The translations under genes and the position numbers were made by a program. From an uncultured Solirubrobacteraceae bacterium (lineage in GTDB: Bacteria; Actinomycetota; Thermoleophilia; Solirubrobacterales; Solirubrobacteraceae): a stretch of DNA of 64,000 bases. The stretch spans positions 1,396,672 to 1,460,671 of the forward strand of contig CAVRKZ010000001.1 in NCBI GenBank assembly GCA_963722435.1, in the 5' to 3' direction. This document shows, in pieces, positions 10,261-22,352 of this stretch. The notes beneath the pieces were generated by a model. The model saw only the letters and a list, made by a program, of their open reading frames with translations. It was not told the origin of the DNA and ran no database searches. Within the stretch, counting starts at the first letter, position 1; each line of letters opens with the position of its first letter.

Positions 10261-11147
10261 CAGCGGGTGCCCCCGTCGTCGGGGCCGCCGCCGGCGCGTG
10301 GGCCGCGAGGAGGACCGCCACCGCGCCCGCCGCGCGGGCCGCCACCACCGCCGCCGCCTCCGCCGCCACGTCCGCGTGGGCCGCCGCCGAAGCCGCCGCC
10401 GCCGCGCCCGTTGCCGGCGCCGCGCCCGCGGCCGCGGCCTTCACGCCCGTCGCGTCCATCGCGCTCGGAGCTCGGCGGCGCGGGCGCGCTCATGTCGGTG
10501 AGGTCCGTGCCGGTGTAGCCCTCGGGCATGATCTCGCCCTTGTTGACCCAGCACTTCACACCGATGCGCCCGAAGGTCGTGCGCGCCTCGTAGAAGCCAT
10601 AGTCGATGTCCGCACGCATCGTGTGCAACGGCACGCGACCGTCGGAATAGCTTTCCGTGCGCGCCATCTCAGCTCCACCGAGGCGCCCGGCTACCTGCAC
10701 CTTCACACCCTTGGCGCCGGAGCGCATGGCGCTGGTGAGCGCGCGCTTCATCGCGCGCCGGAAGGCCACCCGGTTCTGGAGCTGCTCGGCGATCGACTGG
10801 GCGACGAGCTTGGCGTCGAGCTCGGGGCGCTTGATCTCGAGGATGTTCACCTTGATCTGCTTTTTGGTCATGCGGTGCAGATCGCGGCGCAGCGCGTCCA
10901 CTTCGGTGCCCGACTTGCCGATCACGATCCCCGGACGCGCGGTGTGGATGTTGACCTCGAGCTCGTTGGTGTCCTTGCGGATGGTGATGTCCGAGAGCCC
11001 CGCGTGCGCGAGCTTGCCGATGATGTGTTCGCGCACGCGCACGTCCTCGGCGAGGAAGGCCGCGAAGTTGCGCTCGTTGAACCAGTTCGACTTCCAATCA
11101 TGGATGTAGCCGACGCGCATCGCCTCTGGATGAACCTTCTGTCCCAT
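10260..11147 (-). CDS. rpsC: 30S ribosomal protein uS3 with RGG/Gly-rich C-terminal tail
   Basis: [38 protein letters not shown]. Confidence 0.98.
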   Translation of the reverse strand: MGQKVHPEAMRVGYIHDWKSNWFNERNFAAFLAEDVRVREHIIGKLAHAGLSDITIRKDTNELEVNIHTARPGIVIGKSGTEVDALRRDLHRMTKKQIKVNILEIKRPELDAKLVAQSIAEQLQNRVAFRRAMKRALTSAMRSGAKGVKVQVAGRLGGAEMARTESYSDGRVPLHTMRADIDYGFYEARTTFGRIGVKCWVNKGEIMPEGYTGTDLTDMSAPAPPSSERDGRDGREGRGRGRGAGNGRGGGGFGGGPRGRGGGGGGGGGGPRGGRGGGPPRGPRAGGGPDDGGTR

Positions 11148-11198
11148 TCTTTTCTCTCTCTTGGCCTTCTCTATCTGTGCTCTTGTCGTGCTCGCGCC

Positions 11199-11942
11199 CT
11201 ACGCGCGGGGGCTCAACGTGATCGTCAGGTGGCTGGTGCGCTTGCGGATCGGTGTCGCGCGTCCCATCGCGCGCGGCCGGAAGCGCTTGATCGTCGGCCC
11301 CTCGTCTGCGTACGCCTCCCGGACGATCAGATCGTCCTCGAGCAGTTCGTGATTGCTCTCGGCGTTCGCAACGGCCGACTCGAGCAGCTTGCTCCAGTCG
11401 CGCGCGACCTCACGTGGGGTGAACGCGAGGATAGCGCGTGCGTCCTGCACGGACTTGCCGCGCAGATGCCCGCACACCATGCGCGCCTTGCGGGCAGACG
11501 TGCGCACGTAGCGAGCGCGCGCTCGCACGACGCGTCGCCGCGCGCTCCTGCCGGCGGCTGGCGCTTTACCCCGTTTCAGAACGGGGCGCCGCGGCTCTTT
11601 GGCTGCGTCGGGCGCGGCGGCGGCGCGCTCTTTCGCGCCACCCTCACCGGCGCCGCTCGCGCGCTGCCGGCGTTTTGGCTTGCTTGCGCTGGCCGGCTGA
11701 TCGGCGGGCGGCGCGTCTTTGCCCTGCGCGGCGGGAGCGTCTTTGCCGGCCGCGGCTTTGCGGCGTTTGCGTGCCGGTTTCGGTGCTTTGGCAGCCTGCG
11801 GAGCCGGCGTCGAGGGCGCCTCGCCGCCCTGCGTCTTTAGCTCCTGCGCATCCGCCTCGGTCTGCTCGGCGGCGTCCGCGTCGCTCTGCTCGGCCTCGGC
11901 AGCCTCGCCTTGCTCGGGATCTTTCGGTGTCTGCGGACTCAT
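11199..11942 (-). CDS. rplV: 50S ribosomal protein uL22 with ~135-aa N-terminal extension
   Basis: Core [10 protein letters not shown]...[17 protein letters not shown]; ATG overlaps the rpsS stop (ATGA). Confidence 0.93.
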   Translation of the reverse strand: MSPQTPKDPEQGEAAEAEQSDADAAEQTEADAQELKTQGGEAPSTPAPQAAKAPKPARKRRKAAAGKDAPAAQGKDAPPADQPASASKPKRRQRASGAGEGGAKERAAAAPDAAKEPRRPVLKRGKAPAAGRSARRRVVRARARYVRTSARKARMVCGHLRGKSVQDARAILAFTPREVARDWSKLLESAVANAESNHELLEDDLIVREAYADEGPTIKRFRPRAMGRATPIRKRTSHLTITLSPRA

Positions 11943-12211
11943 CGAACCTTCCCCGAGCCGGCGTGTCCGCGGAACACGCGCGTGGGCGCAAACTCACCGA
12001 GCTTGTGACCGACCATCGCCTCGCTGATGTATACGGGCACGTGTTTCTTGCCGTCGTGGACGGCGATTGTGTGTCCGACCATCTCAGGGAAGATCGTCGA
12101 GGCGCGCGACCAGGTGCGCAGCATTTTTTTGTTGTTCTCGGCGTTGAGCGCTTCGATGCGCCCCATCAGGCGCTCTTCCACCCACGGGCCCTTCTTGCTC
12201 GAGCGACTCAT
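11939..12211 (-). CDS. rpsS: 30S ribosomal protein uS19
   Basis: [11 protein letters not shown]...[13 protein letters not shown]. Confidence 0.97.
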   Translation of the reverse strand: MSRSSKKGPWVEERLMGRIEALNAENNKKMLRTWSRASTIFPEMVGHTIAVHDGKKHVPVYISEAMVGHKLGEFAPTRVFRGHAGSGKVR

Positions 12212-13056
12212 CAGCGGCTCCTGCCCTTGCCGCGCCGGCGGCCGCGCACGATGTAGCGGTCGCTGCCCTTGTTGCGCTTGCGCGTGCGGTAGCCGAGCGT
12301 GGGCACGCCCCAGGGAGTGACCGGATGGCGTCCCGCGGTCGTGGAGCCCTCGCCGCCGCCGTGTGGGTGATCGACCGGGTTCATGGCCGTGCCGCGCGTC
12401 TGCGGGCGCACGCCCATGTGGCGCTTGCGGCCGGCCTTTCCGACCTTCACGTTCTGGTGCTCGGCGTTCCCGATCGTGCCAACCGTGGCGCGGCACTGCG
12501 CGCGCACCATGCGCATCTCCCCCGAGGGCAGGCGCAGCGTGGCCATGTCGCCATCCTTGGCCATCAGCTGCGCCGAGGCGCCTGCGGAGCGCGCCATCTG
12601 GCCGCCGCGACCAGGCTGCATCTCGATGTTGTGCACGACCGTGCCGACGGGCATGCGCGCGAGCTCCATGCAGTTGCCGACGGCGATATCGGCGTCCTCG
12701 CCGGAGGCGACGGTCATGCCCACGGTGAGGCGCTGGGGCGCGAGGATGTAGCGCTTCTCCCCGTCGGCGTAGTGCAAGAGGGCGATGTAGGCGGAGCGGT
12801 TGGGGTCGTACTCGATCGCGGCCACGCGCGCGGGCACGCCGTCCTTGCGACGCTTGAAGTCGATCCTGCGGTAGGCGCGCTTGGCGCCGCCGCCGCGGTG
12901 GCGGGAGGTCTTGCGCCCGTGGATGTTGCGCCCGCCGCTCTTCTTGAGGCCTTCGACGAGCGTCTTCTCAGGCTCCGCCTTGGTGAGCTCGGCGAAGTCC
13001 GGATAGGAGACGAAGCGCCTGCCGGGGCTGGTCGGTCTTGGTTTGCGTATGGGCAT
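12211..13056 (-). CDS. rplB: 50S ribosomal protein uL2
   Basis: [23 protein letters not shown]. Confidence 0.98.
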   Translation of the reverse strand: MPIRKPRPTSPGRRFVSYPDFAELTKAEPEKTLVEGLKKSGGRNIHGRKTSRHRGGGAKRAYRRIDFKRRKDGVPARVAAIEYDPNRSAYIALLHYADGEKRYILAPQRLTVGMTVASGEDADIAVGNCMELARMPVGTVVHNIEMQPGRGGQMARSAGASAQLMAKDGDMATLRLPSGEMRMVRAQCRATVGTIGNAEHQNVKVGKAGRKRHMGVRPQTRGTAMNPVDHPHGGGEGSTTAGRHPVTPWGVPTLGYRTRKRNKGSDRYIVRGRRRGKGRSR

Positions 13057-13066
13057 CCCGCGCTCC

Positions 13067-13369
13067 CTACCCCTCTAGCCCCGTCAGACCCTGGAAGATC
13101 GGGATGCTCTCGCCGGGACGCACTTGGACGATCGCCTTCTTCCACTCGCGTGTGCCCCCGCGGGGCGTGGTGCCGCGGCGCTTGGGCTTGGACTTGACGC
13201 TCATCGTGCGCACCTCGAGGACGTGCACGTTGAACAGCGCCTCGACCGCTTGGCGCACCTGCGTCTTGTGTGCGTCGCGGTGCACGCGGAAGGTGTAGCG
13301 GTCGGCGGCCGAGAGCACGTAGCTCTTCTCGGAGACGACCGGCCGGATGATGACCTGCGTGTGCTCCAT
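13067..13369 (-). CDS. rplW: 50S ribosomal protein uL23
   Basis: [10 protein letters not shown]...WKKAIV; ATG at 13369. Confidence 0.95.
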   Translation of the reverse strand: MEHTQVIIRPVVSEKSYVLSAADRYTFRVHRDAHKTQVRQAVEALFNVHVLEVRTMSVKSKPKRRGTTPRGGTREWKKAIVQVRPGESIPIFQGLTGLEG

Positions 13370-14094
13370 CAGGCAGCCCTCCCGCGCGCCTTCGCGCCGC
13401 TGGCCGGCGGTGCGCTCTCGCCCGCGCCTGCGCCGGGCGCGCCGGCACGCCGCTGCGGTAGGAGGGCACGGGCGGTGAGCGACTCGAGCGCGGGCTGTGA
13501 GAGGAGCAGCGAGGCGGCGGCGAGGATGTCCGTCACGCCGACGTTGGGCACGCTGAGCACGCTCACGCGCGCGAGGTTGCGAAAGGAGAGCGCCGCGGAC
13601 GACTCGGCGGCATCGAGCACGACGAGCACCGGCAGCAGCTCGGAGGCGGGGAGCCAGTCGTCGAGCAGATCGGCCGCCTGGCGGGTCTTGGGCTCGGTGA
13701 ACGCTCCGGCGTCGAGGATCGCCAGTGAGCCGCGCTGGGCGTGCAGCGAGAGCGCGCTGCGAAGCGCGGCGCGCTGCTCCTTGCGGTTGACCTTGAAGGT
13801 GTAGGAGCGCGGTTGGGGCCCGAACACGGTGCCGCCGCCGGTCCACACGGGCGAGCGGCTGGAGCCCGCGCGCGCGCGGCCCGTGCCCTTCTGGCGCCAG
13901 GGCTTGGCGCCGCCACCGGAGACGAGCCCGCGCGTTTTCGTGGCCGCCGTGCCGCGGCGGCGGGCAGCCTGCTCGGCGCGAACGCTCTGGTGCACGAGCG
14001 CACCGGCGAAGCGCGCACCGAAGGCTGCGTCCTCGAGCTTTGCCTTCTTCGCCGCAGCGGAGGAGCTCGGGCTGAGCAGCGGGGCGTCAGGCAT
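13369..14094 (-). CDS. rplD: 50S ribosomal protein uL4
   Basis: GGGAKPWRQKGTGRARAGSSRSP. Confidence 0.97.
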   Translation of the reverse strand: MPDAPLLSPSSSAAAKKAKLEDAAFGARFAGALVHQSVRAEQAARRRGTAATKTRGLVSGGGAKPWRQKGTGRARAGSSRSPVWTGGGTVFGPQPRSYTFKVNRKEQRAALRSALSLHAQRGSLAILDAGAFTEPKTRQAADLLDDWLPASELLPVLVVLDAAESSAALSFRNLARVSVLSVPNVGVTDILAAASLLLSQPALESLTARALLPQRRAGAPGAGAGESAPPASGAKARGRAA

Positions 14095-14722
14095 CGCTAC
14101 GCACCTCCACGAGCGAGCCGCTGGGGCCGGGCACCGAGCCGCGCACGAGCAGCAGGTTCTCCTTGGCGTCGACGCGCACTACCTCGAGGCCCTTCTGTGT
14201 GACGCGCCGATTGCCCATCTGCCCGGGGCCGCGAATGCCCTTCATGACGCGCGATGGGGTTGCCGAGGCGCCGATCGAGCCGGGGGCGCGAACGTTGTGC
14301 GAGCCGTGTGACTTCGGGCCGCTGGCGAAGCCATGGCGCTTGATCGTCCCCTGAAAGCCCTTGCCCTTGGAGACCCCGGAGATCTTCACGCGCGCGCCCA
14401 CCTCGAAGGCGTCAACGGTGACGGTCTTGCCGAGCGCGAGCTCCTCGCCGTCGGGCGCCTGCACCTGGCTGTCGCGGAACTCCGCGAGCCTGCGCATGGG
14501 TGGCGCATCCGCCTTCTTGAGGTGACCGAGCTCGGGCTTTGAGAGGTGCTTCTCCTTGCTCGCACCGTAGGCGAGCTGCACGGCCACGTAGCCGTCGCGC
14601 TCCTGCGTGCGGATCGCGGTCACGGGGCAGGGTCCGGCCTGCAGCACGGTCACGCGCGCGACGCTCCCGTCCTCCTGGAAGAGCTGCGTCATGCCGAGCT
14701 TCTTGGCGAGTATTGCGGCCAT
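14087..14722 (-). CDS. rplC: 50S ribosomal protein uL3
   Basis: KKLGMTQ, SKGKGFQG, HGSHNVRAPGSIG. Confidence 0.97.
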   Translation of the reverse strand: MAAILAKKLGMTQLFQEDGSVARVTVLQAGPCPVTAIRTQERDGYVAVQLAYGASKEKHLSKPELGHLKKADAPPMRRLAEFRDSQVQAPDGEELALGKTVTVDAFEVGARVKISGVSKGKGFQGTIKRHGFASGPKSHGSHNVRAPGSIGASATPSRVMKGIRGPGQMGNRRVTQKGLEVVRVDAKENLLLVRGSVPGPSGSLVEVRSDA

Positions 14723-14770
14723 GGCTTTGAGGAGGTGGTTCTCTGCGAGGGAAGGGGAAGCGTTGGGGTC

Positions 14771-15097
14771 TCAGGTGGCCAGACGGATCTCGATGTCCAC
14801 GCCAGCAGGCAGATGATCCAGGCGCTGGAGCGAATCAACCGTCTTGGGCGTCGGCTGGTGGATGTCGATCAGCCGCTTGTGCGTGCGGATCTCGAAGTGC
14901 TCGCGCGAGTCCTTGTCCTTGAACGGGGAGCGGATCACGCAGTAGACGTTCTTCTCCGTGGGCAGCGGAACCGGGCCGGAGACGTTCGCGCCCGTGCGCG
15001 TAGCCGTCTCCACGATCTCGCGCGCGGCAGACTCGATCGCCGAGGTGTCATAGGCCTTCAGGCGAATGCGGATCTTGTTTTGGTTTGCGGCTGCCAT
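14771..15097 (-). CDS. rpsJ: 30S ribosomal protein uS10
   Basis: [10 protein letters not shown]...GPVPLPT...[16 protein letters not shown]; ATG at 15097. Confidence 0.97.
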   Translation of the reverse strand: MAAANQNKIRIRLKAYDTSAIESAAREIVETATRTGANVSGPVPLPTEKNVYCVIRSPFKDKDSREHFEIRTHKRLIDIHQPTPKTVDSLQRLDHLPAGVDIEIRLAT

Positions 15098-15359
15098 GGA
15101 AAGTGTGGGTGCGAGTGGTCTGTGTTTGGTCTGCGCGTCGGTGTTGGTCTGCGGTGTCAGGCGGGTGGGTGGTCGCTGTACTCCGGTGGCCAAGCCCGGC
15201 GAGCGCGGGCGGTTACCGTTTGGCGGGCGAGCGGCGATAGAAGGGCGGGTCCACCCGGGAACCCGCCCCGCCGCCGCCACGCCTTGCGGGTGGCCTGAAA
15301 ACTAGTCGTATCGGACTGCCAATTGCGCGCCTCCGAGCGTAGTCGGACGGGCGCGTGCG

Positions 15360-16544
<1,185 letters not shown>

Positions 16545-16571
16545 TTTTCGTTCGCTCCTGTATCGACTTGA

Positions 16572-16605
16572 ACGCTCGCCTCGGAAGGCGAACCTGAAGA
16601 ATCTA
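16572..16605 (-). promoter_or_regulatory. Putative tuf promoter (-10 TAGATT) followed by a 5'-UTR hairpin
   Basis: TAGATT then gttcgcct-tccg-aggcgagc stem-loop and AGGAG SD in the fusA-tuf gap. Confidence 0.45.
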
Positions 16606-16681
16606 TCTGAATGCGGCTTTGCTTGACTGCTGGTTTTGGCTGGGCGATCCGGACGCGCCCGGTGTGCGCTGCGTGGAGGCC

Positions 16682-18784
<2,103 letters not shown>

Positions 18785-18822
18785 CTATCGTGGCGGTGTC
18801 GGTGGCGGGCTGGCGTGCGGGC

Positions 18823-18846
18823 AAAAAAATAGGCCCCTCGGGCCCA
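18823..18846 (-). terminator. Intrinsic terminator inside the fusA 5' leader (attenuator candidate)
   Basis: Minus strand TGGGCCC-GAG-GGGCCTA followed by TTTTTTT, ending 38 nt before the fusA ATG. Confidence 0.7.
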
Positions 18847-18965
18847 CGCGCGCAGCTGGTCTTATGCGGACCGGTCAGCGTCGTTATCTGCTCGAGGTCT
18901 CCATCTTTATGCCGCGTGGGCGGGAAGTACGCGCGTGCGTTGCGTCAACCCGCGACGCCGACTCG

Positions 18966-18974
18966 ACTATAGCA
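18966..18974 (-). promoter_or_regulatory. Extended -10 promoter TGcTATAGT for the fusA leader
   Basis: Near-consensus TGnTATAAT about 180 nt upstream of fusA. Confidence 0.65.
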
Positions 18975-18989
18975 GAGGTATTCCGCATG

Positions 18990-19628
18990 CTAGAGGCGCT
19001 TCCTCCCTGCCGCGGGCGGCGTCGAGGGGCCTCGGGGACGCCCAGCGCAGGACTCGTCCGGCGGCGCATCCTCGACCATCGCGGCGAGGCGCTCGAGCAC
19101 CCGCGTGGCGGCGCGCAGGTCGTCGATTGGCAGACCCGCGAGCGCCCGCTCCCAGCGGCTCTTCCAGGTCTCGCGCTTGGCCTCGATGGCCTGCTGGCCC
19201 TGGCGTGTGAGGCGCGAGACGACCACGCGCCGGTCGCTTTGCGAGCGCACGCGCTCCACGTGCCCCTGCGCGGCGAGGTGCTCGAGCATCTGCGTGACCG
19301 TCGCGGGCGTCAGGCGCGCAGCGCTCGCGAGCTCGCCCGCCGGCAGCTCGCCGCGCTCGAAGAGCTCGATCAGCAGCTCGAACTGCGCGTGGCTGAGCTC
19401 CCCCGAGCCGAGGTGCGTGTCGCGGCCGCGCAGGCGGTTGAAGCTGCGGAAGACCCTGCGAAAGGCGAGGCCGAGCTCTCCCATCTGTAGCTCACGGGAG
19501 ACGCGCGGCGCGCTCCGCGTGGGGCGCACGCGCACGCCAGCGCCGGCGGCGCGAGCGGATGGCCCACGCTCGGGCTCCCCCTCCGCGGACGATGCGAGCG
19601 GGCGCTCGGAGGCGGCCGGCGTGCCCAT
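18990..19628 (-). CDS. MarR family transcriptional regulator
   Basis: LSHAQFELL..L...GELASAARLTPATVTQML..L...GHVER...DRRVV..LT wHTH. Confidence 0.9.
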   Translation of the reverse strand: MGTPAASERPLASSAEGEPERGPSARAAGAGVRVRPTRSAPRVSRELQMGELGLAFRRVFRSFNRLRGRDTHLGSGELSHAQFELLIELFERGELPAGELASAARLTPATVTQMLEHLAAQGHVERVRSQSDRRVVVSRLTRQGQQAIEAKRETWKSRWERALAGLPIDDLRAATRVLERLAAMVEDAPPDESCAGRPRGPSTPPAAGRKRL

Positions 19629-19638
19629 CGCGCCTCGC

Positions 19639-21141
19639 CTACACCCCTAGCGGCTCGACGGCCGCCTCCGCGCTGGCGGCGGCGCCACCGAGCCGCGCGC
19701 GTGGATTCTCGGCCCGCAGCAGCACCACGCACGGGATCAGCCCGAGCGCGGCCGTTCCGAACGACCACCAGTAGGCGGTGTTGAAGGCATGCGCGAGGTG
19801 GGTCACTGACGGCGCATGACCGCTCGCGCGCTGAAGCACGACCGCCAGCACCGCCGTCCCGATCGCGCCGCCGACGCGCTGCAGCACGTTCATCTGCGGC
19901 GTGGCGTCGGACAGCTGCTCGGGCCTGAGCGAGGCGAAGGCGGCCGTCATGGCGGGCATGAACGAAAAGCCGATGCCGAGGCCGCGGATGAGCAGCACCG
20001 CGGAGATGCCCAATATCGAGCTGCCAGCGCCCATGAAGGCCAGCGGGATCGTGCTGAGACACAGCACCGAGACCCCGAACAGAGCCACACGCCCGCCGCC
20101 TAAGCGGTCGGTCAGGCGCCCGGCCACCGGCATCGCGACCAGCATGCCGAGGCCCTGCGGCCCGACCAACAGGCCGGTCGCGATCAGGCTCTCATGGCGG
20201 ACTTCCTGGTAGTAGAGCGGCACGAGGATCATCGCCCCGAACAGGGCGGCACCGAGCGCGAAGGTCGTGAACGAGGCGGCCGCGAAGATGCGGTTGGCAT
20301 ACAGGCGGATGTCGAGCAGCGGGCGCTCGATGCGCAGCGCGTGCCAGCAGAACACGCCGGTCAGCACGAATCCGATGACGATCGGCCACACGACGATCGC
20401 CGCGGTGAGGCTGGTGCCGGCGGTGCCCAGCTGTGCGAGCCCGTAGACGACCACACTCGTGGAGGTGGACAGCAGCGCGAGGCCGACCACGTCCAGGCGC
20501 TCGGCCAGGCCGGGCTCGCTGTGGGGAATTATCCGCCAGCCGGCGATGAAGGCGATGAAGCCGATCGGGACGTTGACCAGGAAGATCCACGACCAGTGGA
20601 AGCCCTCGAGGATCGAGCCGCCGACCACCGGGCCGAGGATCGGGCCGAGCATCGCCGGCATCGCCACGATGCCCATCACGCGGCCCATGCGCCTGGGCCC
20701 CGCGACCTGGGCCATGATCAGCTGGGCGACCGGCATGATCATGCCGCCGCCGGCCCCCTGCAGTACGCGGAACAGCACGAGCTCCGTGGTCGAGGTGGCG
20801 ATCGCGCACAGGGCCGAGCCGATCGTGAACAGCACCAGCGAGGTCATGTACACGCGCTTTGCCCCGTAGCGGCGCGCCGCCCAGCCGGTGATGGGGATGA
20901 CGGCGGCCAGCGACAGCAGATAGCCGGTGATCACCCACTGGATCTGCGCCAGCGAGCTGTGCAGGTCGCGCCCGAGCGTGTGCAGCGCGACGTTCACGAT
21001 CGTCGTGTCGAGGATCGACATGATCATCCCGAGGATCACCACGCCGGCGATCTTCCACACGTAGGGCTCGATGCGTGCGGAGGCCTCCGGGTGGAAGCCA
21101 GGGTCCGGGGCGCCGGCGGGGAATGGCGAGGAAGAAGACAC
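19639..21141 (-). CDS. DHA2 (EmrB/QacA) family MFS efflux transporter
   Basis: ILDTTIVNVAL, FRVLQGAGGG, GPILGPVVGG, WSWIFLVNVPIG. Confidence 0.93.
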   Translation of the reverse strand: MSSSSPFPAGAPDPGFHPEASARIEPYVWKIAGVVILGMIMSILDTTIVNVALHTLGRDLHSSLAQIQWVITGYLLSLAAVIPITGWAARRYGAKRVYMTSLVLFTIGSALCAIATSTTELVLFRVLQGAGGGMIMPVAQLIMAQVAGPRRMGRVMGIVAMPAMLGPILGPVVGGSILEGFHWSWIFLVNVPIGFIAFIAGWRIIPHSEPGLAERLDVVGLALLSTSTSVVVYGLAQLGTAGTSLTAAIVVWPIVIGFVLTGVFCWHALRIERPLLDIRLYANRIFAAASFTTFALGAALFGAMILVPLYYQEVRHESLIATGLLVGPQGLGMLVAMPVAGRLTDRLGGGRVALFGVSVLCLSTIPLAFMGAGSSILGISAVLLIRGLGIGFSFMPAMTAAFASLRPEQLSDATPQMNVLQRVGGAIGTAVLAVVLQRASGHAPSVTHLAHAFNTAYWWSFGTAALGLIPCVVLLRAENPRARLGGAAASAEAAVEPLGV

Positions 21142-21166
21142 TCGGCACCTAAAGCTTAGGTACCGA
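21142..21166. promoter_or_regulatory. Palindromic operator, probably for the MarR, over the MFS promoter
   Basis: TCGG(C)ACCTAA-AGC-TTAGGT(A)CCGA abutting the MFS GTG start and containing TAAGCT -10. Confidence 0.65.
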
Positions 21167-21238
21167 ACCTTTGTCCTTCAAGCCCTCGGCCGGCGTATCT
21201 TTGCGCCCGGCGAAGGCGAGGCGGTAGCGCCTCTACGA

Positions 21239-21361
21239 GTGAGCCGTTCGAGGACCAAGCGGACCGCGAACGCAGGGAGCGAAATGTGCTGTGCACATAC
21301 CCTCCTGGGCACAGGCGAGCGACCGAGGACAAAGGTCCGCGCCGGTCATCGAGCGGCTCAC
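21239..21361. repeat. Second copy of the stop-codon-anchored hairpin element, after rpsG
   Basis: Arms gtgagccgttcgaggacc / ggtcatcgagcggctcac; core acgcagggagcg...gcgagcgaccgag matches 5821-5860. Confidence 0.7.
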
Positions 21362-21828
21362 CAGCGGTAGTGCGCGAAGGCCTTGTTGGCCTGCGCCATG
21401 CGGTAGATGTCGTCCTTGCGCTTGTACGCGCCGCCCTGCTGGGACTGCGCGTCCATCAGCTCGTTGGCGAGGCGCTGGGACATCGTCTTCTCACGGCGCT
21501 GGCGCGCGAACTCGACCAGCCAGCGCACGGCGAGCGTGCGCGCGCGCCTGGCGGGCACCTCGACGGGTACCTGGTAGGTGGCGCCGCCGACCCTGCGCGA
21601 GCGAACCTCGAGCGCCGGCGTGAGCGCCCTGATCGACGCGTCGAGCGTCTCCACGGGGTCTTTGTCGCTGCGCTCGCCGATCAGCGCGAGCGCGTCGTAG
21701 ACGATGCGCTCGGCCGTCGACTTCTTGCCGTCGAGCATGACCTTGTTGATCACCTGCTGGACGAGCTTGGAGCGATGTATTGGGTCCGGCTCGACCGGAC
21801 GGATCTGGGCGGCTGCGCGACGCGGCAT
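21358..21828 (-). CDS. rpsG: 30S ribosomal protein uS7
   Basis: [28 protein letters not shown]. Confidence 0.98.
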   Translation of the reverse strand: MPRRAAAQIRPVEPDPIHRSKLVQQVINKVMLDGKKSTAERIVYDALALIGERSDKDPVETLDASIRALTPALEVRSRRVGGATYQVPVEVPARRARTLAVRWLVEFARQRREKTMSQRLANELMDAQSQQGGAYKRKDDIYRMAQANKAFAHYRW

Positions 21829-21837
21829 CGAGCTCGG

Positions 21838-22233
21838 CTACTTTTTCTTGACGCCGTACTGCGAGCGCGCCTTCTTGCGGTCGCTCACGCCGGCGGCGTC
21901 GAGCGTGCCGCGCACGACCTTGTAGCGGACGCCCGGCAAGTCCTTGACGCGACCTCCGCGCACGAGCACGACCGAGTGCTCCTGCAGGTTGTGCCCCTCC
22001 CCGGGGATGTACGCGGTCACCTCGATCGAGCCGGAGATGCGCACACGCGCGACCTTGCGCAGAGCCGAGTTAGGCTTCTTCGGGGTCGTGGTGTACACGC
22101 GCGTGCATACACCGCGCCGCTGCGGCGCTGCGACCTTCTTCTTGCGCCCTTTGCCCGACTTCAGTCCGGGCGTGGCGAGCTTCTTCTTCGGCGTCACGCG
22201 CCCCTTGCGCACGAGCTGGGAGGTGGTCGGCAT
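21838..22233 (-). CDS. rpsL: 30S ribosomal protein uS12
   Basis: [23 protein letters not shown]; TGcTAGCAT 7 nt before the ATG suggests a leaderless mRNA. Confidence 0.98.
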   Translation of the reverse strand: MPTTSQLVRKGRVTPKKKLATPGLKSGKGRKKKVAAPQRRGVCTRVYTTTPKKPNSALRKVARVRISGSIEVTAYIPGEGHNLQEHSVVLVRGGRVKDLPGVRYKVVRGTLDAAGVSDRKKARSQYGVKKK

Positions 22234-22352
22234 CGAGCGGATGCTAGCAGCGCGACAGAGCCGGCGGCGGGAGCGGGGCCTGCCGCCGTCGGGAGCACGA
22301 GGCTCGCCGCGGTGGGGAGCACGGGGCCGCGCGAGTGCGAGGCGCCTAACGC

